NCBI RefSeq assembly: GCF_030028105.1
Contig: NC_092398.1
Coordinates: forward strand, 15,938,182 to 16,002,181
Direction: 5' to 3'
DNA from: Mobula birostris
Lineage: Eukaryota
Length of the DNA stretch: 64,000 nucleotides
The number at the start of each line of letters is the position of its first letter. Position 1 is the first letter of the stretch. A model generated the notes under the pieces. That model was not told the DNA's origin, ran no database searches, and saw only the letters and a program-made list of their open reading frames with translations. The position numbers were made by a program, and so were the translations under genes. Of the stretch, positions 13,581 through 27,779 are shown piece after piece.

Positions 13581-14040
13581 ACAATAGACAATAGGTGCAG
13601 AAGTAGACCATTCGGCCCTACGAGCCTGCACTGCCATTCTGAGATCATGGCTGATCATTTACTATCAATACCCGGTTCCTGCCTTGTCCCCATAACCATT
13701 GATTCCCCTATCCATAAGATACCTATCTAGCTCCTTCTTGAAAGCATCCGGAGAACTGGCCTCCACTGCCTTCTGAGGCAGCGTGTTCCACACCTCCACA
13801 ACTCTCTGGGAGAAGAAGTTCCTCCTCAACTCTGTCCTAAATGACCTACCCCTTACTCTTAAACCATGCCCTCTGGTACTGGACTCTCCCAGCATCTGGA
13901 ACATATTTTCTGCCTCTATCTTGTCCAATCCCTTAATAATCTTATATGTCTCAATCAGATCCCCCCTCAATCTCCTTAATTCCAGTGTGTACAAGCCCAG
14001 TCTCTCTAACCTCTCTGCATAAGACAGTCCGGACATCCCA
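13581..14040 (-). mobile_element. Young CR1 3' fragment abutting a Gypsy remnant
   Basis: GMSGLSYAERLERLGLYTLELRRLRGDLIETYKI; ctattgt tandem tail. Confidence 0.9.
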
Positions 14041-14510
14041 GTAGTAATGGCTATGTGTGCATTGGGGAGCGGGTGTGCCAGTATGGTCACATTGGAAAGA
14101 GCTTGTCTGGTATCATCAAATGCCCTGTTCATGTCTGCTGACCAGTCAAACACTTGATTACGGGTATTGTCTTTAAGCTCACTATACAGGGGAAGCATAA
14201 ATTCAGCTCCTGTAGCTTTTAGCAGTGCAGGACAGTGGGAAATCCATAATAGCAGCTACTTTGATACAATGGTTGACAACCCAAACTGGCATTTAGCAGG
14301 GTTAATAATCAACCTGTGTTGGCTTAACTGCTCGAAAAGTGTGTGGAGATGAGATACGTGTTTGTATTTGGATACACTGGCAACAATTATGTCATCCAGG
14401 TAAACAAAAAGAAAATCTATGTCTTTTAATACACAGTCCGTCAGCCGGTGGAAGGTCTGTGCTGCATTTTTCAGCCCAGGTGGCATGCACAGAAATTCAA
14501 AGAGGCCAAC
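14041..14510 (-). mobile_element. Ty3/Gypsy pol fragment (RT to RNase H start)
   Basis: MPPGLKNAAQTF...FVYLDDII...INPAKCQFG; LAHPLPNAHIAITT. Confidence 0.85.
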
Positions 14511-14569
14511 CTTGTCCTCTGATGAGCCGACATCTGGAGAGGATTCAAAATAGATTTACACCATAAGAA

Positions 14570-16125
14570 CAGAAATAGGTCATTCAGTCCATTGATTTTG
14601 CTCTGTCAGTCCATCACAGCTGTATTATCCTCGTTAATTCCATTCTTCTGCCTTCTCCCTGTAATCTTTGACATCCTGACTAATCAAGAACCTATCATAT
14701 TCCTTTTTGAATATACTCAATAACTTGGCCCCCCACAGCCCTCCGTGACTATGAATTCTACTGAATAACTACTCTCTGGTTAAAGAAATTCCCCCTCATC
14801 TCTGTTCTCAATAAGCTCTCTATTCTGTTATTGTACCATTTGGTCCGAAACTCACCCACTACAGGAAACATCCTCACCACTTCTACTCTATCTAGGCCTT
14901 TTAACATTCGATATGTGTCAAGAAGATCACCCCTCATTCTTCGAAACTTCACTGAGTCGAGGCCCAGAGCCATCAAATGCACAAAATACATTCACACTTT
15001 CATTCCTGGAATCATTCTTCTGAAACTCCTCTGGACCCTCTCGAAGGCCAGCAAAACTCTTCTTAAATAATAAGCCAAAAACTGCTAACAATACTCCAAG
15101 TGTGGTCTGACCAATGACTTATATAAAAAAAATCCTTGCTTTATGTCCTTGCTTTTATGTTTTTTGTCACATAAAAAATAATGCTAACACTGAATTTGCC
15201 GTCCTTACCATTGGCTGACAGGCAAGTTTATCTTTACAGAATCCTGAACGAGTACTCCCAAGTCCCTTTGCACCTCTGATTTTTTAATCTTCTCCCTCTT
15301 TGGTAAATAGTCTATGCTTTTATTCCTTCTACCAAAGTGCAGGAACACACACTTCTATGCACTATATTGCATCTGCAACTTTTGTCCATTCTCCAAATCT
15401 GTTAAGTCCTTCTGCAGACTCCCTGCTTCCTCAAAACATCATACCCCTCTAACTGTCTATATCATCTATTAACGGCCAGAAAACCATCAATTCCATCAAC
15501 CAAATAATTTACATATAACATGAAAAGAAGTGGTATCAACACTGAACCTTGCAGCATACCTCTAGTCACTGGCAGCTGACCAGAAAAGATTTCCTTTATT
15601 CCCAGTCTTTGCCTCCCGCTAGTCAGCCAATCTTCTATTCATTTTATACTTTTCCAGTAATACCATAGGCTTTCATCTTCTTAAGCAACCTCATTTTCAA
15701 CAACTTGTGCAAGGCTTTCTGAAAATCCAAATAACCAACATCTACTGACTTTCCTTTGTCTATTTGGCGTGTTATTTCCTCAACAACACGCAAAATAGGT
15801 CTCAGGGTACTTGCAGACAAATGATAAAACAGTCCGTAGAGTCAGTATGGTTCCCTCAAGGGAAAATCTTGCCTGAAAAATCCGTTGGAATCCTTTGAAG
15901 AAATAACAAGGATAGACAAAGGAGAATCGGTTGATGCTGTGCACTTGAATTTTCGGAAGACTTTAACGAGGTGCCATACCTGAAACTGCTCAACAAGCTA
16001 CGAGCCCAAGGTATTACAGGAGAGATTCTGACATGGACAAAGCAGTGGCTGCTTGGCAGAAGACAAAGAGTGTGAATAAAGAGGGAGCTTTTTCTGTATG
16101 GCTGCCGGTGAATAGTGGTGTTCTT
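14570..16125 (-). mobile_element. Decayed CR1 fragments (minus to about 15785, then a plus-strand piece)
   Basis: FRRMRGDLLDTY and degenerate RT motifs. Confidence 0.75.
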
Positions 16126-16482
16126 AATATCAGCATTTAATTTTCAGAGAATTGAGCACAAAGCTGATGAGGTTTTGGGTCAATTATCCCAGGGGTTGTG
16201 TGGTAATGTTACAGTTTGTGTTCCCTTGTGGCTAAACCGTTGAAAATTGGCGGTAGCGGATCAGGATACTGAGAGGCCGGTCTCTGCTCTGGCTGTCCCT
16301 CTGACTCTGCCTCTGCCTCCACCCCTCCCCGTCTCTCTCTCTCCCCACACAGTCCATCGCTCTGTCTCCACCCCTCCCCCCTCTCTCTCTCTCTCTTACT
16401 GCGCGTTTCTCGGGCTGGTCGAGGCGCTGTGTATAAAGGAGACAGCAGCGGTCGGTTCGTCACTTAGCAGCGTCTGCGGTGA

Positions 16483-16803
<321 letters not shown>

Positions 16804-16835
16804 GTAAGTCTCCGTTCCCCTGAACACAACACAAA

Positions 16836-16851
16836 GGCTCTTCAAAGAGCC
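16836..16851 (+). terminator. Histone stem-loop of H4 with atypical loop
   Basis: GGCTCT-TCAA-AGAGCC then ACCCA; HDE-like AAAGAGGGAG at 16864. Confidence 0.85.
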
Positions 16852-17656
16852 ACCCACCACCTCAAAGAGGGAGTATTAACCGCACCGGAAAGAGATGTCC
16901 TTTATTTATGAAGCCAGCCGTGTGTTTTTCCGTAGTTTATTTAACACAGGACGTGAGTGCTCTGCACGTTACGACCCGACTTGGGTCGGCTCCCCCTATT
17001 ACACTGTGCTGTTCAATGTAAAGTAGTGAGAATGATACTTAACATGGAACTCCCTGGGGAGCATTCGCACGTTTAGCAGTCTTCCGCAGAAAACTGCCTC
17101 AACTGCGAAAGCGATACAGTAAACTACTGCGCACATCCAAACACGGTTTAAGATAATGAACATTGCAATTTTAAATAAGGTTGCGATAAATTCCATGTTT
17201 CTGCAAAATTAACTTCCTCAAAACCCATTCCCAGTGACAGCGAAATGTTCGGGTTATCCGCAATGGAAACTGTAGCCAATCATTTCGGATTGGCTGAAGT
17301 CCGACTTCCAGTCACACACATCGATACCTAGGCACAGATGATGCTCACCCCACTCCCCCGTCGTTCTGTAAGGGGAGGTGTTTGATTTCGATAGCGGACA
17401 CGAAGCCAACCACACCGCCGGGGCCCTGTGATAGACGTGATCGGGGCGGACATTCAACTACAACAGTCGGCGGAGGACCCCGCTCCGACGTTTCAGACTG
17501 TGCAACCACCGTTAACTTTGTGAGTTGCATTTCGCACCAGTAAGGAATTTCAAAGCACCTTGCCTGCTAATTAGTTCAACAATCTCATCCGAAACTGAGC
17601 CCTTTCCCCCGTGCTCAGCGTATCCGCAGAGCAGCCCTTTCACAGACACTGTGAGC

Positions 17657-17672
17657 GGCTCTGAAAAGAGCT
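17657..17672 (-). terminator. Histone stem-loop of H2A with basal mismatch
   Basis: AGCTCTTTTCAGAGCC (first G replaced by A). Confidence 0.85.
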
Positions 17673-17701
17673 TTTGGGTCACTGGGTCAAATTCTGTCTC
17701 T

Positions 17702-18172
<471 letters not shown>

Positions 18173-18639
18173 TTATGAATGGTGCAACAATACTGATGTC
18201 ATAGGAGTGAAAAAATCATCCAATCAGAGAGCTGTTTTATTCACCAATCAAGAAGCAACACAGCAGAAGCGCGGAAAATAATCACTTACTCTACTAAAAT
18301 AAACTGAAATTTGAAACAGCCCGCCAAAATGCATCTGTTAAACCTTAAATCAAATCATTTCAGGTCTGTTTATCGGCGTATCTCCACATTAACCCATTAC
18401 TGAAGTCCGCCAGATCAAATATATTGTAACAGTGTCTGCGCATTTCTTTCAACAGAAAAAAAAAACTCAAAACAAAAATCGATTCTCAGTGTCTGTTCCC
18501 GGTCGGTCATTGTGTGGGTCGGATCAGGTTATGAACGAATTGTTCTTCTGGAATGGCAGCTGGAGTTAAGCCTACAGGTTGTGCAATGTAAAGGGGCACA
18601 AAGGAAGTCAAAGCCAACGTATAAACAACAGAGAGGTCA

Positions 18640-19500
18640 TATAATGGAGCAAAGATTATTAGGTACAGTACTGCAGCTGTAATAATGTTCGTCTAACTTC
18701 CAGCAAAACGTTTGGAGAACTGTTGGACAGATCCATCTTAAGATAATGCAAAACAGAGAAGGAATCAGAACAGCCAACAATACAGTTCAGCTGTACTTCC
18801 TCTATCCACTGCAATGCAAGAAGGATTGCCACCATTTTAATTGTGTAAACCGGAAAATCATTAGATAACCTTTTTCTAATTGACACTTGAAATTCTGGGT
18901 GTACATAGACTGCTTCACTAGTGTTATGAGATACACGGTCTTTAGAACCTTCTGGAAACAATGGAATCATATTGATAAAGCACAGACAGAATCACCACTG
19001 CCTCTTCAGTCACACGCCGGACACATTTTGACAACCTCCCCGGAAGAGTCAAGTCCACCCTAGGTAAAGCAAATAGCTAGGGAGGAATAATGGATAAAGC
19101 CACGTAAAAGCGTGGGATAGGCTCATGATATCTGCCTGTCCTTTTCTTTCCCACCCAAACCAGCAAATCTCGCGACCATGATATAGCGAAGAAATTTTCA
19201 ATATATTCTGATTTGGATGATCATTCTCACGACCACTGAGGTGCAGTCAATAATTCATTGCCTTCTGCAATCTTCGCAAATACAATGACATCAGACCCAT
19301 TTCCCCCGCAGAACAGAAACAGACCGAACAGCATCACAACACAGACGTAAAGCCTGGACGTGAATAACATCCAGGCATTTCAAAGCTGAGGGGGCAGCAG
19401 ACTCATATGCAACGACATAATTGAAGACTATTCTAACCAATGCATAATACAAAGTAATCACAGATACCCTATTCGTCCTCCAAACGTCTGAAGATCAAAT
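18640..19500 (-). mobile_element. Nimb/I-group LINE remnant (RT end and RNase H)
   Basis: EGSKD...VYTIKMVAILLALQWIEE...CSDSFSVL RNase H motifs. Confidence 0.7.
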
Positions 19501-20326
19501 TCCCATTTCTTCTGATGAGCGCAATAAGACAATCAGAGAGTCGCCTTACTCGCCAATGAACAGAGAGCGGCAAGAAAAGCGACGAAAGTAACTGTCAGTT
19601 ACCCGGATAACCTGAAAATTGAAAAGCCAGCCGAAAACAATATTTATCTACTGATTTAGGAATTGACTAATTACATCACATTTTTTTTAAAAGTAACAGC
19701 CCAAGTGTTATTTCACTCGCTGTTTTAATATTGCACGACATTTAGCTTCCACTGTTTACATTCTCGTTCGGTCTGGCTACAAACGTCATCAGTTTTTGAA
19801 CTTGTCTCTCTTGGCAAGCTGGGGTGTAAGGCGAGTTCGTAACGTGAAAAACAAGCTGTTCTGCGACAGAACCGGGATTCCAGCGTCTACAGACTGTTGT
19901 GTCCCCGTGAATCTATCGTGGATTCGATTAGAACAAGAGCTGGAAAACTGCATTTACTACAACCATTCTCCAAAATAGTAACAACCGCAAATACCTGGAA
20001 ACGTTGCCCACAATAACCAGCTGCACACGGCAGGGATGTGGGACAGGGACACCCCAACGGCGAGGGTGAGGTTTTGTCTCTGGTTTTCGCCCTGCCGTTA
20101 AATCAGCGGCACAGAACTGATCGGCCTTGTTGGCGTTTCTGTGACAAACTGGGTTATCTTATTTCAGCTCTGAAATGGCTGGATGTTATTCACGTCCAGA
20201 CTTAACGTCTGTGTTTTTATGCTGTTACGACACAAAGCACACACAATAAAAGCTGGGGAATGGCAAGTCGTTAATACAAAAGGTTACTGAACAGAAACAG
20301 ACAGCCCTTTCCATTGCCGGATTGGT

Positions 20327-20342
20327 GGCTCTTAAAAGAGCC
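20327..20342 (-). terminator. Histone stem-loop of H3
   Basis: GGCTCTTTTAAGAGCC then ACCAA. Confidence 0.95.
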
Positions 20343-20372
20343 TTTTTGTTGTACTTGGTACCGGGGCCGGAC

Positions 20373-20789
<417 letters not shown>

Positions 20790-21084
20790 TCAGCAGTTCG
20801 AATGCAAGCTCAAATACCAGGATGAGACGATCGGAGCAGGCCCGGGAACCGGATTTTAAAGAGTTGATGAAGGACCACCCCAGTCTCACTGATTGGTTGC
20901 AAGGGAGATAGCCATTGCAGCATCTGAGCGTTGCGATTGGCTGTTTTTCCATCACCAGCTTGAAGCTGGCCGCTGGAGGGGTTGGGGAGAGGTGGTGCGG
21001 ACTATTACCTCTGACCAAATATGGAAATTGGAGACAGAGTCAGAATTCAGCCAGTCTGACTCCAGTGATTGGATGCCGGCTCAA

Positions 21085-21103
21085 TTTCAAATCGCCCGCC
21101 AAT
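21085..21103 (-). promoter_or_regulatory. E2F/CDE-CHR-like element upstream of H3
   Basis: Minus strand ATTGGCGG-GCGA-TTTGAA. Confidence 0.6.
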
Positions 21104-21630
21104 TCCAAGGGCCAAAGGTTTTCTTACAATAAATAGAATCATGAATTCTCAAATTCCACCTTCAACTAAATCGCCGATTTTCTTTCCTCAATTCGCTGAA
21201 CCTGAATGTTTGCATTTTTACTGAACAGGTGAGTGAATTCAGTCCTGCCGGAAACGGGAGGACAAAATTCGATCGATTTTGCTTTACTGTGTTTACTAAA
21301 TGGTTCTGCGGGAAAACAGCCGCAAGAGGTTTTCAAAAGGACCACAGGAACCAACACTGAAATGAAATGTTACTCAATATATCTACAAAAACATTCAATA
21401 CAACCACATAATTAAGTTCCTTATCTTTTCCCGCTCCAAATCGCTGTTCAAAGGCAAACCGACGGCCGCTGTTTCCTTTTATAACATCACCCTGACCTGC
21501 CCGAGACAGACGAAGAAGGAGGTAGAGAGACAGCATCAGAGTAATAGAGCGGAGAGACCTCTATCTTCCAGCTCCCTCCCAACGTTACTACAAATGTAAA
21601 TGTTCTAACTCTTTCGTGGGAGATGTGAGT

Positions 21631-21646
21631 GGCTCTTAAAAGAGCC
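21631..21646 (-). terminator. Histone stem-loop of H1
   Basis: GGCTCTTTTAAGAGCC, ACTCA, HDE GAAAGAGTT at 21607-21615. Confidence 0.95.
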
Positions 21647-21680
21647 GTTGGTTTCAGATGTTTAAAATGTGTATTTTTAT

Positions 21681-22307
21681 TTATTTTTTGGCCGCTGTCT
21701 TCTTGGCTTTCACGGATTTTGCCTTCGATTTGGGTTTTGCCGACTTCTTGGGCGCCTTCGGGGCTGCGATCTTCTTGGGGCTCTTGGTCTTCTGCGCAGC
21801 CTTCTTGGCCGCTGGTTTCTTAGCAGCCGCTTTTTTAGCCGTCGGTTTCTTAACACTTTGTTTCTTGGCGGGAGATTTCTTAGCTGCTTTCTTGGCCGCA
21901 GTTTTCTTGATCGCTGGCTTCTTGGTCTGAGATGTCTTGGCCGCTGGTTTCTTCGTTTTTTTCACGATTTTCGCGCCACTGTCCTTTTTAGCGGCCTTCA
22001 AGGAGCCGGAGGCACCTGCGCCCTTGGTGTGAATCAGGGAGCCGCTTTCCAATTTCCTTTTAATGACCATCTTGATCTGACTTTTGAGCTTTTCCACATC
22101 GACGCCGTTGGCAGCCAACCCCTTCTTTATCGCGACTATGGACACCCCTCGGTGACTGCGGCAATCCGCCACAATCTTGTCGATCTGTTCGCCCAGTTTG
22201 GGACCGGCTGGCTTGGTCCGGGCGGCCGCGTTCTTTTTCTTGGGAGCCTTGGTTGCAGCGACGGGAGCCGGTGGAGGAGCCACTTCAGCGGCTGCGGTCT
22301 CGGTCAT
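21681..22307 (-). CDS. H1: Linker histone H1 (208 aa)
   Basis: MTETAAAEVAPPPAP N-tail; globular domain ending TKGAGASGSLK; K/A/P-rich tail with SPKK/SPAK; stem-loop. Confidence 0.93.
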   Translation of the reverse strand: MTETAAAEVAPPPAPVAATKAPKKKNAAARTKPAGPKLGEQIDKIVADCRSHRGVSIVAIKKGLAANGVDVEKLKSQIKMVIKRKLESGSLIHTKGAGASGSLKAAKKDSGAKIVKKTKKPAAKTSQTKKPAIKKTAAKKAAKKSPAKKQSVKKPTAKKAAAKKPAAKKAAQKTKSPKKIAAPKAPKKSAKPKSKAKSVKAKKTAAKK

Positions 22308-22383
22308 GTCGGCGACTCTGTACAACCTCTCTCAAAATTCAGAACTGAGTGAGAAATGAAGAGAGAGGCGGCGGTGCAGAGCA

Positions 22384-22809
22384 ATTTAAAGGCAGTGGAC
22401 GGACGGGGCGGAGTCATCCTGCTGTCTGCTTCCGGCCACTCTGTCTCTCTGTGTTTCTTTCTCCTCAAAAACTCCCCTATACCAATTAAAATAAGGCACC
22501 TCCATCACCCAGTCCGCTCTCTGTCCGTGTCCGAGGCCGGATTCTTTGCTGTAAATCAAGATTGGTCCGAATCAAAGGGAACAGTTTTCATATAAATCCG
22601 TTTAACTGCTGCTCAGACTTCGTTCTCTCCCGCGATCGCCGGCATGTTCGCCGTTTTCCGACTGAAATATTGAAACCAACTAAAAATATGCGGTAATTCC
22701 CACTTCAGGACTGAGCTGGGGAACTGGGCCATCTCGCGACAGGGAAATCTTTTTATTTTCCACAGGTGGGACGGCGAAATGCGGCGACGTGATCGGACTC
22801 ACAAACACA
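22384..22809 (-). promoter_or_regulatory. H1 promoter: TATA-like element, GC box, AC box, TG box
   Basis: TTTAAA at about 22385; GGGGCGG at about 22405; AAACACA at 22456-22450; TGTGTTT at 22809-22803. Confidence 0.75.
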
Positions 22810-23149
22810 GCCGCATCGCATTCAAAGAGTGACTGGTTTATCTGTTCTGTACCTTGCAATATTTAATTTACGCACTTTATTTATTTACTTATGTGTAATC
22901 CCTCTGTAAATTTCATCCTCTGCACTCTTGTTCGGAGCAACGTTGTCTTGTTTGCTGGTATTTATGTATATTGTAAAATGGCAATAAACTTGACAGAGAC
23001 ACCAGACTGCGCCGTCGAGCCCTTTAACTCTCTCTTTGACACACCGTTCATATCAGCATAGTCACTGCACAAACTGTGGGGCCGGTGCACATTTCACATC
23101 ACAGGTTTTCCTCTCCGCTCGCCTGTTATTTGTAGATTCCCAGCTCAGT

Positions 23150-24435
23150 AACATCTCAGGCGGTGGCAGAGAATTCCTAAGATTCACTGCTCTCTAGCTA
23201 CAAAAATTCCTCCTAGTCTCTGTTCAATTTCGAGTATCTGCCATCTAGTTCTGCATACCCCCAACATAAGAAACATCCTCTCCACATCCACCCTATCAAT
23301 TCCTTTCAATGAGACACCCCGAACCCACCCCCACCCCCACCCCCCGCATTCTTCTATCTTACAGTGAGTACAGGCCCAAAGTTGCCAAACGCTCCGCGTA
23401 TGTTAACCCCTTCATTTCCGGAATCATCCCCGTGAACCTCCTCTGGCAACACATCCTTTCAAAGATATCGGGACCAAATCTGTTGACAATTAAGTGCGGC
23501 CTTAGTAGTGTCTTATAAAGGCTCAGCAATATCTTCTTGTTTTTTTTCTACTCCCCTTGATATAAATGCCAACATTGCATTTGTCTTCTTTACCACAGAC
23601 TAAACCTGTAAATTAACCATCTGGGAGTCTTGTACGAGGAATCCCCAGTCCCTCTGCACCTCTGATGTCGGGTATGTTCTCCCAACTTAGATATTAGTCT
23701 GCACTATAAGAACATAAGAAATAGGAGCAGGAGTAGGCCATGAACACATTCATCGCTGATCTGACCATGGACTCCTCTCCACCTACCTGCCTTTATCTCA
23801 TAACCTTTGATTCCCCTACTATGCAACAAATGTTCCTTCCATTGTTCCTTTTACCAAAATTCAGTATCATACATTTCCCAACACTATATTCCATCTGCCA
23901 TATCTTTGCCCATTCTCCAATATGTCTAAATCCTGCTGCAATTGCATTGCTTCCTCAGCACTACCTGCCTCTCCACCTATCTCTGTATCTTCTGCAAACT
24001 TTCCAACAAAGCCATTATCCAACTCATTGACAAGCAATGTGAAAACTAGCAGTCCCAATGCTGGTCCCTAAGCAACACCACTAAACATTGGCATCCAACC
24101 AGAAAAAAATCTCTTTTATTACTACTCTGTCTCCTGCTTGTCAGCCATTTCTCCATCCAAGCCAGTATCTTTCCAGTAATATCATAGGATTTTATCTCAT
24201 TAAGGAGCATCATGTGTGGCACTTATCAAATGCCTTCTGAAAATCCAGGTAAATGACATCCACTGCCCCTCCTTTATCCATCCTGCTTGTTACTTCCTTG
24301 AAGAAATTGAACAGATTCGTCAGGCAAGATTCCCCTTGACAGAAACCATGCTGACTTTGACTTATTTTATCATTAGTCTCCAAGTTCCCGAAAACCTCAT
24401 CCTTAATAATGGACTCCAACACTTTCCCAAACACT
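23150..24435 (-). mobile_element. Decayed CR1 LINE
   Basis: SQHGFCQGESCLTNL...IYLDFQKAFDK; KFAEDT. Confidence 0.85.
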
Positions 24436-25589
24436 GAGTGGAGGAGAGAGGACCATAGGAAAAAAAGATGGATGGAGGTGATACATAGGTGAGAAGAGGT
24501 AAGAGGCCAGAGTGAGGAATAGAAGATTAGATTATGGGAACACTCAGTCCTCTTTTATTGTCATTTAGAAATGCATACATGCGTGCCACAGCAAACAGCT
24601 GAGGCCAGTTCATTGGCTATATTTAAGAGGGAGTTAGATAAGGCCCTCGTGGCTAAAGGGATCAGGGGGCATGGACAGAAGGCAGGTATAGGGTTCTGAG
24701 TTGGATGATCTGCCATGATCGTACTGAATGGCAGTGCAGGCTTGAAGGGCTGAATGGCCTACTTCTGCACCTATTTTCTATGTTTCTATGATACGATGTT
24801 TCTCCGGAGTGATATCACAGAAAACAGGACAAACCAAAGACTAACACTGAGAGAACCACATAATTATAACATATAGTTACAGCAGTGCAAAACAATACCA
24901 TAATTTGATGAAGAACAAACCATGGGCACGGTAAACAAAGTCTCAAAAGTCCCAGAGTCGATCGACTCCCGAGTCCCCGATAGCGGCGGCAAAAGGGAGA
25001 AACTCCGTCATAAACCTCCAGACACCGTCAACTTGCCGATGCCTTGGAAGCAGCCGACCACAGCCAACACTGAGTCCGTCTGTCCAAAAACTTCGAGCTT
25101 CTGACCAGCCTCTCCAATACAGCTTCCCGAGCGCCATCGTCTGCTGGGTGCCTTTGACCTCGCCCCAGCCGCTGAAACACACAAAGCTGAGGATTTCGGG
25201 GCCTTCTGCTCCAGAGATTCCGGTTACCATACAGTAGCAGCAGCAGCAAAGTGGGCATTTCAGAAGTTTTCCAGATGTTCCTCCATACTCTCAAGTCTGC
25301 CTCCATCAAATCAGGACTGTGCACGGTCCCCTACTTGACAGATTTCAGACATCACCACCGAAGTGGCCACGTGCGCTGCCATCACGCCGCCATTTTCTCC
25401 TCCTCCTGTAAGAGGGGAGATGGAGGGATTTTTTTTTACCAGAAGGGGCAATTGGGGTTCATGCCGTCAGTTTATGAGACTCGTCAGACAGAATATGTTG
25501 CTCATCCACCCTGAGGGTAGCCTCATTGTGGTACAAGAGGAGGCCAGGGAACTGACATGTCGGAATGGGAATTGGAATCATAATTGAAA

Positions 25590-26460
25590 TCTTGGGCCAG
25601 TTTGCTGCTGTAACACCACTCCACTAGTTGGCATATCTCACTCCTGTATGCCTTCTCATCACCACCTGAGATTCTACCAATAATGGTTGTATCATCAGCA
25701 AATTTATAGATGGTATTTGAGCTATGTCTAGCCACATACTCATGGGTATAGAGAGAGCAGAGCAGTGGGTTAAGCACACACCCCTGACATGCGCCAGTGT
25801 TGGTCGTCAGCAAGGAGGAGATGTTATCACCAATTCGCACAGATTCTGATCTTCCAGTTAGGAAGTCCAGGATCCAATTGCAGAGGGAGGTACAGAGGTC
25901 CAGGTTCTGCAACTTCTTCATCTGGATTGTGCGAATGATGGTATTAAATGCTGAGCTATACTCGTTTACAGCATCCTGACATACCTGTAGTTGTTTGTGT
26001 TGTCCAGGTGGTCTAAAGCAGTGTGAAGAGCTATTGAGATTGCATCTGCCATTGACCTATTGTGGCGATAGGCAAATTGCAATGGGTCCAGGTCCTTGCT
26101 GAGGCAGGAGTTCAGTCTAGTCATGACCATCCTTTCAAAGCATTTCATCACTGTAGATGTGAGTGCTACTGGGCGACAGTCATTAAGGCAGCTTACATTG
26201 TGCTTCTTTTGCACTGGTATAATTGTAGCCTTTTTGAAGCAAGTGGAAACTTCCACCCATAGCAGTCAGAGGTTGAAAATGTCCTTGAATGCTCCCGCCA
26301 GTTGGTTGGCACAAGTTTTCAGAGCCTCACCAGGTACTCCATTGAGACCTTCAGCCTTGCGAAGGATCACTCTCGTTAAAGACAGCCTAACATCAGCCTC
26401 TGAGACAGCAATCACAGGGTCATCAGGTGCAGCGGGATCTTCACATTTGTAGTTATTTTC
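25590..26460 (-). mobile_element. Rex1/Babar LINE RT fragment
   Basis: [48 protein letters not shown]. Confidence 0.85.
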
Positions 26461-27779
26461 TCCCTTTCAAAGTGGGTATAGAAGGCATTGAGTTCTAACT
26501 CTCTCTAGCTTTCAATACCTGTACCATGGGTAACATAGCTTGTCTATTTATCCAATCTACTCCACATATCATTCTCCATACCTCTCATGTCACCTGTCTC
26601 CTTCACGACAGCAAAGTCAAACCAAGTTTCATTACATCACGTCTGTAGTGTGACGCCAAGAACTGTACACAATATTCCAAATGCGGCCGAACCAACTCAT
26701 TATACATCTAAAACATGATGTCACAACACTTGTACTCAATTCTTTGGCTGATGAAAGCAGGCAGACCACACACCTTCTTCACAAGCCTGTCAGCCTGTGA
26801 TGCCACTTTCAGGGTCTGTGTAACAACACCTGAGTCATCTGTAAAGGTACTTCAATGGACAAGGCACAGAGTGATATGGAATTAGTGCAGGCCAGTGTGT
26901 TTAGTATAGGTGAGCATGACAGTCAACACAGATGTGATGGGCTAAAGGGCCTGTTTCTGTGCTGTACAACTCTATGACTCCATGATACCCAACCGTTGCC
27001 TGCAGGGACTCTGGCTGCCTTGGACCTCAGCTCTGGAGTTTGTCTCACTGAACCCCATGTCCTCTGAGATGATACAGGCAGCCTTACACTGTAATTGACC
27101 TGTCAGTTCTCTCCCTTAGTTTCCATCTGAACCTTTCCTATTGATCGTTGTACCTATCTCAGTGCCTTTTAAATACTGTAATTGTACCCACTTCTACCAC
27201 TTCCTCTTGCAGCTGGTTCCAGCTACCCACCACCTTCTGTGTAAGAATGTTTCCCTCATGTTCCCTCTCTACTTAAATCTCTGCCCTCCAGTTTTAGATT
27301 CCCCACACCTGGAAAAATATTACTCACATCATCTATTTACTTATATCTGTTTCTGTAAGTGATTCTATACACTTGCAGACTCACTTTGAAGGTCTCTACA
27401 AATCTGATTACCAGATTGATTGATTTGCAGAGTTTCTTTTGCACATGGGCTCTTTGTCAATCCTTGTTTGTGTGTAGTTCTTCATTGATTCTATCGTATT
27501 TCTTTGTTCTATTAGGAATGTCTGCAAGAAAACTGCAGCTGAGTATATGATGACATTCATACTTTGATAGTAAGTTTACCTTGAACTTTTGAACTGAGGA
27601 TTGGGAGATTGTTGACGGAGTAAAGGACTATCAAAGAACAGAGTCTGATATGGATCAGGTAGGAATGGAAGGAGTAAGCTTGGCTTAACTGTGGACATGG
27701 GAATATAGATATAGATGATAGACAGGAGAGCATGTCATACAAACTGGCATCAAAGTTAGCACAATATCAGGGGCCAATC

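Noticed and set aside
13665-14198. Novel 177-aa fusion protein
   Set aside because: Chance in-frame junction of a Gypsy remnant and a CR1 3' fragment
20056-20098. GC-rich hairpin downstream of H3 as a miRNA
   Set aside because: Stem is too short and relies on GU pairs; no supporting context
21669-22352. Long hydrophobic plus-strand ORFs, and similar ones at 17525-18115 and 20467-21018
   Set aside because: Antisense or alternate-frame shadows of H1, H2A and H3
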